This document shows, in pieces, positions 18,175 to 26,446 of a stretch of DNA of 64,000 nucleotides; position 1 is the stretch's first letter; every line of letters begins with the position of its first letter. Position numbers and translations under genes: made by a program. This DNA comes from a virus, in IMG/VR virus record IMGVR_UViG_3300036893_000033, positions 1 through 64,000 of that record, one strand, 5' to 3'. The notes beneath the pieces were generated by a model. The model saw nothing but the letters and a program-made list of their open reading frames with translations. It did not search any database and was not told the DNA's origin.

Positions 18175-18470
18175 GGTGAGATAGGCTGTGAGGCAACTTA
18201 GCTCACCTGTAACCTATTGATATATATATACTTATTTAATTTGAGATAAGTGAGTTAAGGTACCTTGACTAAAAAATCTCCCTATAGGGCCTCTATACCT
18301 TTTCGCTAAAAAACATATATACCCCCTTATGGAGAACGAATCGCGGAATATGCCTCACTCAGAGATTTACTTGTCTCAAAGTAGCGCAAGTAACACAAAA
18401 CAAAAGACTTATTTTGAGATAGGGTGGTGAGATAGGGTGGGCGCTGAGATAGGGTACCTTATCTCAGTGC
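18175..18470. other. AT-rich region with TGAGATA(G/A)G iteron-like repeats (candidate origin or packaging site)
   Basis: Direct copies near 18177, 18242, 18415, 18427, 18445; inverted copy near 18458; poly(TA) core at 18216-18245. Confidence 0.5.
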
Positions 18471-19062
18471 CGCTGAAACGCGAAACCCCCCAGCCGCGGC
18501 TGAGGGGTTTGTGGTCGGTTGGAGGTGACGCGGGTTTAGCCCGCAGCAGGTGACTTCTGTAAGATATCACGGGGGCGTGGGGGGAGTCAAGGGTAATTTG
18601 GGGCCGGGGGTGCTGCCCCGCTGGCCAGCGCGCCGGTAAGTAGCACGAAGGACCTGAGCGCCGCCGTGAGGTAGCGGTGCTCAGGTCCGGTCGGCGCCGT
18701 GGCACCAGAAAGGGCGAACGCCGCGCCCCTTTCCAGTGCATTCCCATTATACCATAACTGACCGCGTTCGCGGGTCATGGCCGCGTTCGCGGGCAGTTGG
18801 CTTGGTGGCCGGTAATGCTTGCCGCTCCGGCCACTGCGCAGTCCATGTCAGAGCCAACGGCTTGCTCATCAGGCGTTTAGGATTTCAGTGTACCACGCTC
18901 ATCCTTTGGCAGCGTCCAGCTGACGTCCGCTGGCAGCACACTCCGTGTAACGCTGTAATGTACTGATTCTAAAAGAACGTAACGCGATGTAACAGGTTGT
19001 ACCACCAAAACCCCTGCCTTGTAACGCATCCCCGGCCCACCCCGCGTTATAATGGGTCAGAA

Positions 19063-19620
19063 ATGGTCGGATTCTCGATTGACAAGCACCCGCAGAGGCA
19101 ACAAATCTTCGATTCCATCCTTGCCGGACGATCCGTAAGGGAGATTTGCGCCCTTGTAACACCTCCTGTATCATTCATGACGATACATAGATATAAGACT
19201 AAGATAATAAAGCCTTTAATAGAGAATGCTGAGAATAATCCAAAGCTGAAAAAGGCGCTTGTATCGTATGAAAACCTACCTGTACCACTTGTAAGTGATA
19301 TGCAAGTCTTACAGGCGGTCCGGGAGAGGGCAGAAGCCGCCCCGGCGGTGACGATTTGCCGCGCCCGCATGGCTAAGGTCGGCCAGCGTCTAGACCGCGC
19401 CTTGGATCGTGCCGAAGCCGCCGTAAAGGTCATCAAAGACACCGACGGCAAAGACGTTGTGGTGGGGCAGGATCTCGCGCCACTGGCCCCGCTCATCAAC
19501 CAAGAGCATAAGCATATAGAGCTGTGGGGCAAGCTCACCGGCGAGCTCCAGCCGGACAACCAGCAGCAAATCAACATCCAAGTGATTCAATGCGATTCAG
19601 ACACCAGGGGCCGTGATTAG
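19063..19620 (+). CDS. Putative terminase small subunit / HTH protein
   Basis: HPQRQQIFDSILAGRSVREI..HRY, coiled middle, C-terminal KLTGEL...QQINIQVI; TATAAT at 19048-19053. Confidence 0.5.
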   Translation: MVGFSIDKHPQRQQIFDSILAGRSVREICALVTPPVSFMTIHRYKTKIIKPLIENAENNPKLKKALVSYENLPVPLVSDMQVLQAVRERAEAAPAVTICRARMAKVGQRLDRALDRAEAAVKVIKDTDGKDVVVGQDLAPLAPLINQEHKHIELWGKLTGELQPDNQQQINIQVIQCDSDTRGRD

Positions 19621-19983
19621 TTAGGCCTTGTGGCACGCGCACGGGCAGTTTTGTCGCGCGTACTTGGTGCCGTCCAGGCACGTCTTATAGTCGCCGTTCG
19701 GGGTGTGGCAGCCATCATAGTCGCATCTGACTGGCCGTGGGGGTGGTGGTACGGGCGGTATCACAGTTTGCGCCACTTTAGCGCCATCTGGATTACTTTT
19801 TGCTCCATCCACACTCCCGCTAGCTCCTGATTGGATGCTGGGCGGAGCTAAACGCGCTCCGCTTCGGATGTGATCTACCAGTAGACATCTGATATAGTCC
19901 GTGCGAGTCCTGTAGAAGTACTCGTCAATCCTATCATCAATGCCCTTAAGTATCTCCGTGGTCGCCTCAAAGGAAACTTTCAT
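19621..19983 (-). CDS. Ribbon-helix-helix (CopG-like) protein
   Basis: MKVSFEATTEILKGIDDRIDEYFYRTRTDYIRCLLVDHI. Confidence 0.6.
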   Translation of the reverse strand: MKVSFEATTEILKGIDDRIDEYFYRTRTDYIRCLLVDHIRSGARLAPPSIQSGASGSVDGAKSNPDGAKVAQTVIPPVPPPPRPVRCDYDGCHTPNGDYKTCLDGTKYARQNCPCACHKA

Positions 19984-20161
19984 GCTACCGATGGTAGCAA
20001 AAGTGGCTTTGTGGCGCGAGTCAAGGGTACGGCAGTGTACGTATAGAATCCCAACGGATACTTTCAGGGGTGGTTTATGGCACTGTCTGGCGCATCGCGG
20101 ATTACAATTCCGCGCCTCGGCAGCCCGCCTAACGCGGGAGCGGCCCCTTCGGGGGGTCACT

Positions 20162-20884
20162 TCAGGCCGCCGGAACCGCCCCGGCCCGCGCCAGGCCGCT
20201 GAGGACGTTGGCGACATACTGCACGCGCCAGGCACTCCCGCGCCGGGTGGCCAGCCCGCACGCGTTGAGCTGATCGGCAATCGCCTGCATAGATAGTCCG
20301 CAGGCCCGCCCTTCGGTGATGCGGGTTATGATGGCCTGCTCTGCTTCGTCATGGACTTGCAGGCCCCTCTTACCGGTGGATCGGTAGCCGTACCGGACCA
20401 TGCCCGCGTGCTCGCCCCGGCGAGCCTTGGCGCGTAAGGCGTCCCGCGTGCGCTCGGAGATTACCTCGCGTTCCCACTGCGCAATCGTGGTGGTGATATG
20501 CAGGATCATACGCCCCCCGGCAGTGCCGGTGTCCAGGGTCTCGTAAGTGCTGATGAGGTTTATGTCTCTCTCAGTTAGTAGGTCGAGGATGACAGATAGA
20601 TCCTTAACGGAGCGGGTTAGACGGTCTAATTTACTGATGATGACACCGGCCACCTCACCCGCGCGCATGAGGGTTAAGAGTTGCTGCATACCGGGACGCT
20701 CGAGGGACTTAGCCGAGTAGCCGCCGTCTGTAATGACGGCCTTGAGTGTCAGTCCTTTAGCTGTCGCCATACCGTTTATTTTTTCGGCCTGGGATTCCAG
20801 GCCCAGGCCGGAGGTGTCTTGTTCCTCGGTTGAGACTCTGACGTAGCCGTACCAGTTACGGGGTACTTGTTTAGGTTTCCTCAT
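20162..20884 (-). CDS. Serine recombinase (resolvase domain plus recombinase domain)
   Basis: YGYVRVSTEEQ (catalytic Ser), SAKSLERPG, KLDRLTRS, ERT, YGY. Confidence 0.95.
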   Translation of the reverse strand: MRKPKQVPRNWYGYVRVSTEEQDTSGLGLESQAEKINGMATAKGLTLKAVITDGGYSAKSLERPGMQQLLTLMRAGEVAGVIISKLDRLTRSVKDLSVILDLLTERDINLISTYETLDTGTAGGRMILHITTTIAQWEREVISERTRDALRAKARRGEHAGMVRYGYRSTGKRGLQVHDEAEQAIITRITEGRACGLSMQAIADQLNACGLATRRGSAWRVQYVANVLSGLARAGAVPAA

Positions 20885-21071
20885 GTGGGGTTGTTTCTCC
20901 TGTTAGTAATTTGGTTTATGGTTTTGGTTTCGGATGCTGGTAAGTGGCGTAACGCTGGTTAGCGCCCTTCAGGATGCCGCTCACGCTCGGTCCTGTAGCC
21001 TCCCAGCTGACCGCGACGGCTGACCGCGACGGAACGTGGCAGATGGTTTTGAGCTTGAGGCTTCGCATGGC

Positions 21072-21527
21072 TTAGTAGTCCTCATTGGTGTACGGTTCGC
21101 GGCTTCCACCGGCGCCGGCACGTTCCTGGAGCCCGTCGAATTCGCCCATACCGATGTTGCTCAACAGCCTCCGGCATGGCTCACAGTACCAGGCCCTTAC
21201 AGCGTGGCCCATGTACCTCTCCTGCTGCGAGTAGGCCGCGTTTCCGTCTATCTTTTTTGCGCATCGTTCGCATTTCGTATGATCCCGAAGAACCTGTTCG
21301 CGGGCCGTTTTGATTTCTTCGGCGGTCTGTGTCGCGTGCTCGGCAACCAAGCGTTTAATTTCCGCCATCGGCTTGTGAGCCAAGGCTACATTAAGGGCCG
21401 CCATGGTCGCGCGGACGCCGATGTAGCAACGTCCCTCGGTTGCGTGATCGATCTCCACGATAGAGCGCACTTGCCGATCAGATTTGGCCGCTATCCGCGC
21501 CGCGTCAAGAGTTTTGTGGGTTGTCAT
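21072..21527 (-). CDS. Hypothetical zinc-finger protein
   Basis: CERC...YCEPC; GGGAG RBS. Confidence 0.6.
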   Translation of the reverse strand: MTTHKTLDAARIAAKSDRQVRSIVEIDHATEGRCYIGVRATMAALNVALAHKPMAEIKRLVAEHATQTAEEIKTAREQVLRDHTKCERCAKKIDGNAAYSQQERYMGHAVRAWYCEPCRRLLSNIGMGEFDGLQERAGAGGSREPYTNEDY

Positions 21528-21817
21528 TTCTTATCTCCCGAAACCAGTTTAGTAGCCGTATGGGCTGCCCACTCCATGAATTCGTCCTCGCGGTGCCGTA
21601 TGCATCCGGCTGGGGTCCCGGCCAGCGAGTAGAACGCAGTCCACAAGGCGTGTATGCCAGCCTTGGCCTGCGGCACCTTCGCCCCGGTCAATACGGACAT
21701 GATCTCGGCGCGAGTCTTCGCGTTGTGGGGTCCCGCCAGCATGTTGATGTCGAACCGTCCGCGCGTCGCCTGGTTCAGCATCCTGAGCGCAAGCTTCGCG
21801 TTATTGCTGATTTCCAC
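21524..21817 (-). CDS. Hypothetical protein
   Basis: GTG start after GGAGG. Confidence 0.55.
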   Translation of the reverse strand: MEISNNAKLALRMLNQATRGRFDINMLAGPHNAKTRAEIMSVLTGAKVPQAKAGIHALWTAFYSLAGTPAGCIRHREDEFMEWAAHTATKLVSGDKK

Positions 21818-22037
21818 CTTGCACCTCCGGGCCAGTCCACCGCGCCACGTGGTTGTGTACCTTCACCAGCCTCGTGTTCTCGAGGATGGCGATGATCTTG
21901 TTGAACCCCTCGAGGCTCACCTTGTCCATGAGCGCCGCGTACAGCACCCCGGTGGGTGCCTCCTTCGACTCGCGTATCGTCTCGGCGACCGCGAGTATGA
22001 TCGCCTGGCCTGCTTTCAGCTGCTCTTTTGTCGGCAT
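21801..22037 (-). CDS. Small winged-helix-like hypothetical protein
   Basis: AAGGAG RBS; PTGVLYAALM. Confidence 0.6.
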   Translation of the reverse strand: MPTKEQLKAGQAIILAVAETIRESKEAPTGVLYAALMDKVSLEGFNKIIAILENTRLVKVHNHVARWTGPEVQGGNQQ

Positions 22038-22069
22038 GGTTGCTCTCCTTATGCTGGAAGACAGGGACC

Positions 22070-22300
22070 TCACGCGGACACCTCCCGCAACTCAACGCTA
22101 ATTTCCCATGACACTCCGCTACTTAGGTCTGTCAGTGTGCCAGACTTGTCGGATACCATCATGCCGATAGATCCGATTGCCCACGACTTAGCCGCGAAAA
22201 TGTCGTGGGCGTCAAAAAACGTGCATGATCGCGTCTGGTCTGAGTAGAGGCGGAATCGCCCCACGGCTGGTGCTGTCCTGAGTACTACTGTGTTGTCCAT
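22070..22300 (-). CDS. Hypothetical protein
   Basis: GGAGGTGATATG start context. Confidence 0.6.
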   Translation of the reverse strand: MDNTVVLRTAPAVGRFRLYSDQTRSCTFFDAHDIFAAKSWAIGSIGMMVSDKSGTLTDLSSGVSWEISVELREVSA

Positions 22301-22388
22301 ATCACCTCCAAAGTGATTGCCTTACTTTAGTCCCGATCAACGGGACGCGCGCTATACGTTGTACAGAGCACGTTCCGGTTACCGGCCT

Positions 22389-22634
22389 TCAGCCCCAGGT
22401 AATAACCACGTCAGCGTGTCCGTTGGTCTCACGAGCCGCGTTGGCGCGTGACCGCCAAATATCCAGGCCAGTGCAGTACTCGCGGTCTCCGATGCGCCCT
22501 ATGGGTCTGTCTGTCTGGTATTGCGCGCCGCGATAAACTCGCGCGACTCCGAGCATACGTCGTGCCGTGCTGATAGCGCTAGCCTTGCTGGTGGCCGTGG
22601 CGCTGTCTCCGTTGCTTCGTTCGATGGTGTACAT
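22389..22634 (-). CDS. Hypothetical protein
   Basis: AGGAG RBS. Confidence 0.6.
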   Translation of the reverse strand: MYTIERSNGDSATATSKASAISTARRMLGVARVYRGAQYQTDRPIGRIGDREYCTGLDIWRSRANAARETNGHADVVITWG

Positions 22635-22793
22635 TTTTTCTCCTGGGGGGTTGTTTTCCCGGCCGCCCGCCGGGTTTCTGGTTCTGGTTTCGGTTTGCGG
22701 TAACTTCTCCTAACGGAAAGTGCCGCCCTTCAGGGGTCGTGGTTTTGGCGACGTACAAAGGTTATCGTACGAAGGTTATCGTTTTATTGGTTG

Positions 22794-23275
22794 GACGGCT
22801 GACCGACGGCTGACCGACGGCTGACCGACGGCTGACCGCGGCGGCTGACCACCGGCTGACCGCGACGGCTGACCGACGGCTGACCACCGGCTGACCGCGA
22901 CGGCTGACCGACGGCTGACCGACGGCTGACCGACGGCTGACCGCGGCGGCTGACCACCGGCTGACCGCGACGGCTGACCGACGGCTGACCACCGGCTGAC
23001 CGCGACGGCTGACCGACGGCGGCTGACCACCGGCTGACCGCGACGGCTGACCGACGGCTCGTTCCACCTCCACCACCGGCTGACCGCGACGGCTGACCGA
23101 CGGCTGACCGACGGCTGACCGCGGCGGCTGACCACCGGCTGACCGCGACGGCTGACCGACGGCTGACCGACGGCTGACCGCGACGGCTGACCGCGACGGC
23201 TGACCGCGACGGCTGACCGCGACGGCTGACCGACGGCTGACCGACGGCTGACCGCGGCGGCTGACCGCGACGGCT
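22794..23275. repeat. Complex tandem array of about 38 GGCTGACC cores with GAC/GCGAC/GCGGC/ACC linkers
   Basis: Read directly; a short copy of the same motif lies at 21005-21032. Confidence 0.95.
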
Positions 23276-23426
23276 ATTCCACCTCCACCACTTCGTCGCC
23301 ACGTGTGTACCATTCGTCCGACACGATCACGCCGTACTCGCCCAGGGACTCAGAATAGTGCAGGGCGCGAATCTGTCCGCCGTCGAAGATCATCTCGACA
23401 AAAACAGTGTCTTCAGGTCGTTCCAT
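23274..23426 (-). CDS. Small acidic protein (50 aa)
   Basis: MERPEDTVFVEMIFDGGQIRALHYSESLGEYGVIVSDEWYTRGDEVVEVE*; AGGAG upstream; stop abuts the array. Confidence 0.55.
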   Translation of the reverse strand: MERPEDTVFVEMIFDGGQIRALHYSESLGEYGVIVSDEWYTRGDEVVEVE

Positions 23427-23538
23427 TTCGATGTGGCTCCTATCCTCCTGATCTGCAAAGCCGTGATGCGCACGGCGCGCTGCTGGTAAGTGGCTGGTTA
23501 GCGGCCTTCAGCCACCTCCTGAAACTCTCCGAAGTCAA

Positions 23539-24235
23539 CATTTGTTACCAGCTTGAGTTTTCCAGGCCGCACCATGCGATAGGTGACGCGATGGTATCGG
23601 TCGACGAAAAAATGCACCGCGGAAAACTCCCCGACTATGGGAGATTTGATGGTCCAGGCCAGCCCAGCGCAGCTCCGTCGCCGTCTTCGGGTTGCGGCAA
23701 GTCTTCGTACTCCCACACCGTGCCATTTCCTCCCGATCCGGCCGATACGATCATTCGCATCGGCCGATCGCCGTATTCGTCTGGCAGGTAGAAGGCATAG
23801 AGCCTGTCGCTATCGTCAAAAAATGCATCACCGTCGGCACCCCTGTTGAGCGGAGTATCGGCAATCTCGGTAATTTCACAATCTGCGTCGAGGGGCCTTA
23901 TTTTTCTGTCGATATCTCGCCAATCGGTCAGCCAGTCGCCAGTCAGGATGATGCCGCCGCCTTCTAGCCGATATCCGAATTCGTTGTGGTCGCAAAACTC
24001 TCTTAGTGTCATATCAACTCCAAGTGACTCTTCTGTAAGGTATGCGCAGTCACTCACTGCGCAGAGAGACTAGCAGGTGACGCGGAAGGTAACGCCGTCA
24101 CACGGCGGATCATTTGTTACCAGCTTGAGTTTTCCAGGCCGCAACATGCGATAGGTAGCACGATGGTAATTGTCGAAGAAAAAATGAACCGCTGAAAACT
24201 CCCCGACTATGGGAGATTTGATGGTCCAGGCCAGC
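23539..24235. repeat. 125-bp dispersed direct repeat (23539-23663 and 24111-24235)
   Basis: Ungapped alignment with 10 mismatches; encodes LAWTIKSPIVGEFSAVHFF...KLVTN on the minus strand. Confidence 0.9.
23635..24012 (-). CDS. Acidic hypothetical protein
   Basis: GGAGTTGATATG start context. Confidence 0.6.
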   Translation of the reverse strand: MTLREFCDHNEFGYRLEGGGIILTGDWLTDWRDIDRKIRPLDADCEITEIADTPLNRGADGDAFFDDSDRLYAFYLPDEYGDRPMRMIVSAGSGGNGTVWEYEDLPQPEDGDGAALGWPGPSNLP

Positions 24236-24264
24236 AGGCTCAGGTAGCTCTCAAAGGGCTTCAT
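24070..24264 (-). CDS. Mosaic small hypothetical protein
   Basis: Made of the 125-bp module plus the PCDGVTFR module. Confidence 0.5.
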   Translation of the reverse strand: MKPFESYLSLLAWTIKSPIVGEFSAVHFFFDNYHRATYRMLRPGKLKLVTNDPPCDGVTFRVTC

Positions 24265-24265
24265 G

Positions 24266-24442
24266 TCAGTATCCCCAGTGTCCCGAGTATGCAATCTTAC
24301 GCGCGACGCGCTTGATGGGTCGCTCGATCAAATGATAGACAGCATAGACATACGCGCGGTACAGCGCGCTCGGCGTGGCCACGGTAGCGTCATCGCTGAC
24401 CATAGCGTCAGCGGTCATATAGGTATCGGTCCATGCCAGCAT
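24266..24442 (-). CDS. Small hypothetical protein (58 aa)
   Basis: MLAWTDTYMTAD...HWGY*; GGAGG RBS; fills the gap between neighbours. Confidence 0.5.
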   Translation of the reverse strand: MLAWTDTYMTADAMVSDDATVATPSALYRAYVYAVYHLIERPIKRVARKIAYSGHWGY

Positions 24443-24444
24443 AG

Positions 24445-24648
24445 TCAGCGTGCCTCCGTGGTGTAGGGTATCGCCCAGACATAGCCGAGAAAACGGCTGG
24501 TCTCGAATACGTGAGTGTCCGTGTAGTCTATCTCGGGATCTACCACCAGCCGCGCGGCTGAAAGATCGATAACCAGCCCGTTGCCTTTGGCAGTCCGGTT
24601 GGCCTGCTCGGTCTCCCGTAAGTCCATTCTGTGATTCAAGTTAGCCAT
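24445..24648 (-). CDS. Hypothetical protein
   Basis: GGAGGTGATATG start context. Confidence 0.55.
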   Translation of the reverse strand: MANLNHRMDLRETEQANRTAKGNGLVIDLSAARLVVDPEIDYTDTHVFETSRFLGYVWAIPYTTEAR

Positions 24649-24702
24649 ATCACCTCCAGGTGACTCTATAAAGGACGCGCAGTCACTCACCGCGCCGAGA
24701 GA

Positions 24703-24909
24703 CTAGCAGCAAGCCCGGAAGGTGACGCCGTCACACGGCGTGGCTTGCGAGCCCGTCAGTGCCTCCACCAGGGCTTGCTTGCGGGCCCAGCGGTCAACCC
24801 CGCGCGCGTCAAGTATGGCCATGACCATGCGGCGGGTGACGCGCTGGTGGTTGTCGCCGTCGGTCGTCAAGAGGAACCACTCTGTGCTCGGTGTTTTGTT
24901 GCTTTCCAT
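24703..24909 (-). CDS. Hypothetical protein, first gene of the leftward operon
   Basis: ATG 6 nt after the -10 element. Confidence 0.55.
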   Translation of the reverse strand: MESNKTPSTEWFLLTTDGDNHQRVTRRMVMAILDARGVDRWARKQALVEALTGSQATPCDGVTFRACC

Positions 24910-24915
24910 GTCAGT

Positions 24916-24944
24916 AGTATGCCAAAAACATGAAACCGTGTCAA
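24916..24944 (-). promoter_or_regulatory. Leftward sigma70-type promoter (leaderless)
   Basis: TTGACA-17 nt-CATACT-6 nt-ATG. Confidence 0.7.
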
Positions 24945-25006
24945 GCGGAATAATGTCATCGACCGTCTGTATGATGGAAATTTACAATCGTTTACAATTC
25001 ATGGGT

Positions 25007-25526
25007 TGCGACCGGCGACCGGCGACCGGCGACCGGCGACCCGGCGACCGGCCTCGCCCGGGTCGGTGCGGACGGATTGATCGTTGGCGCCGGGCAGCAG
25101 CGTCGCCGTCCACCCGATTGTTCCCCCGGCTACGGTAATCAGGAACGAGCCGTTCGGGTTGCCCGGCGCGGCGCCCACCTGCATGTTGAACTGCGTTCCG
25201 GCCGGGGCCAGATTCATGCTGGCTGATCCGGAGACGAAGAACGTCACGGGGACCGAAATCGTCCCCGTGGATGCCGAGATGTCGACCGCCGTTCGATAGA
25301 AGCCGATGGATAAGGTGGACGGATCGACGGTGACGTTGACCGGCGTCGCCGGACCTGGCGTCAGCGCCGCCGGGAAAGAGCCCACCTTGCACCACGGCGC
25401 TTCGCAGGAAATCGAACCGATGCCGAGCGAGCCGCTGCCGACGTTCTGGATTCCAGGTTCGCCGCGTTGCCGTTGATCGAATAGCTCACCGTGGCGACCG
25501 GCGACCCGGCGACCCGGCGACCCGGT
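25007..25526 (-). pseudogene. Fragment of a bacterial Ig-like/BACON-type surface protein gene bracketed by GGCGACC(C) repeats
   Basis: VNVTVDPSTLSIGFYRTAVDI...ISVPVTFFVS...GWTATLLPGA; no start or RBS; heptamer repeats at 25007-25050 and 25493-25526. Confidence 0.55.
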
Positions 25527-25661
25527 AATCTTTCGATTAACCGGCGGCCGCCGGCAGCTCCGCGCCTAATAGGCGAAACAACCGAAAAGGCGGCAAAAAG
25601 CACTGCGCGGTCCACTTTTTATGGATTCCCCCCTCAAGCCAAAATAATCATTTGACGCTTG

Positions 25662-25690
25662 TTGACATAGGGGTCGGGCGGTGATAGGGT
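25662..25690 (+). promoter_or_regulatory. Rightward sigma70-type promoter
   Basis: TTGACA-17 nt-TAGGGT with TGn extension. Confidence 0.6.
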
Positions 25691-25791
25691 GTGGTCATGG
25701 CCAGGACAGCAGGCGGAACGACTGAGCCTGACGTTATTCGGTGGGCGGGGAAGAGGTAGTGGGTGAGTTTGACTCACTACGGGGGAAGACG

Positions 25792-26271
25792 ATGAGCGAT
25801 GTCCTGCTGGTGTACTTTGACCTCGACGGCGTGATCTTCGACTTCGACCGCGCGTACAGCGAGCGGATTGGGGTACGCAAGCCGAACGGCGACGTGTATT
25901 GGGACAAGGTGAGCGCACTGGGCGACTTCTTCGAGTCCATACCGCTGATGCCGGGCGCGCTCGACCTGTGGAACGCTGTGCCTGCGCATCGCAGGCGGAT
26001 ACTCAGCTCGATACCGAAGAGCGTTACGGTCGGCTCTAACGCCTACATTGGCGAACGGAAGCGCGCCGCGGTGCGGATGCACCTCGTAATCCCCGACGAG
26101 CACGTCATATTCGTGCGCGGTAAGCGTCTGAAGAAGGCGCATGCGAGCCCAGGCCGCGTGCTGGTGGACGACCGGCCAGACAACGTGAGGGACTGGAACG
26201 ACGCTGGCGGGATCGGTATACTATGCCAGAGCTGCGAGCAGGCGCTGGTCGATTTGATGGGCATACTATGA
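25792..26271 (+). CDS. HAD-family 5'(3')-deoxyribonucleotidase-like protein
   Basis: YFDLDGVIFDF, ILSS, LVDDRPDNVRDW..AGG.GI. Confidence 0.85.
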   Translation: MSDVLLVYFDLDGVIFDFDRAYSERIGVRKPNGDVYWDKVSALGDFFESIPLMPGALDLWNAVPAHRRRILSSIPKSVTVGSNAYIGERKRAAVRMHLVIPDEHVIFVRGKRLKKAHASPGRVLVDDRPDNVRDWNDAGGIGILCQSCEQALVDLMGIL

Positions 26272-26446
26272 CCGATGGAGGCGTGGGAGATGTTGCCCCA
26301 GGATATCGGCAGGAGGCAGGACGGCTATGACGGCTACCATGCTCCCTAGCTCACCGGTATGGTAGTCCAAGATGAGGCAGGGGCTTTGATCGGGTTCAGT
26401 TGTCTAGGCCGGACCCCAATCAGATCCGCTGGCTTCAGGGCGAGAA

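Larger units (their letters stand above)
24010..24739. repeat. About 95-bp dispersed direct repeat (24010-24107 and 24646-24739): gene 3' end, hairpin and RBS
   Basis: Both copies encode PCDGVTFR..C*, then GCGC(A/G)GTGAGTGACTGCGC and AGAGTCAC(T/C)TGGAG. Confidence 0.85.

Noticed and set aside
20925-20975. Hammerhead ribozyme in the CCTGAAGGG...CGAAAC leader
   Set aside because: The core is CUGAAGG rather than CUGANGA, and I could not form stems I-III.
22794-23275. CRISPR array
   Set aside because: The core is 8 bp and linkers are 3-6 bp and reused; there are no unique spacers and no cas genes.
22762-23313. Three overlapping minus-strand ORFs across the array
   Set aside because: They arise from a stop-free repeat; mixed 11/13-nt units give the same peptides in all frames, and there is no RBS.
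23539-24235. 125-bp repeat pair as DGR template/variable regions
   Set aside because: Only 6 of 10 mismatches are at A in the better candidate copy, and no reverse transcriptase is in the window.
24010-24739. Integron attC sites
   Set aside because: No RYYYAAC/GTTRRRY boxes and no tyrosine integrase.
26340-26440. tRNA-like start (GCTCCCTAGCTCA...)
   Set aside because: No T-arm GTTCRA or acceptor stem; I recognised no tRNA anywhere in the window.
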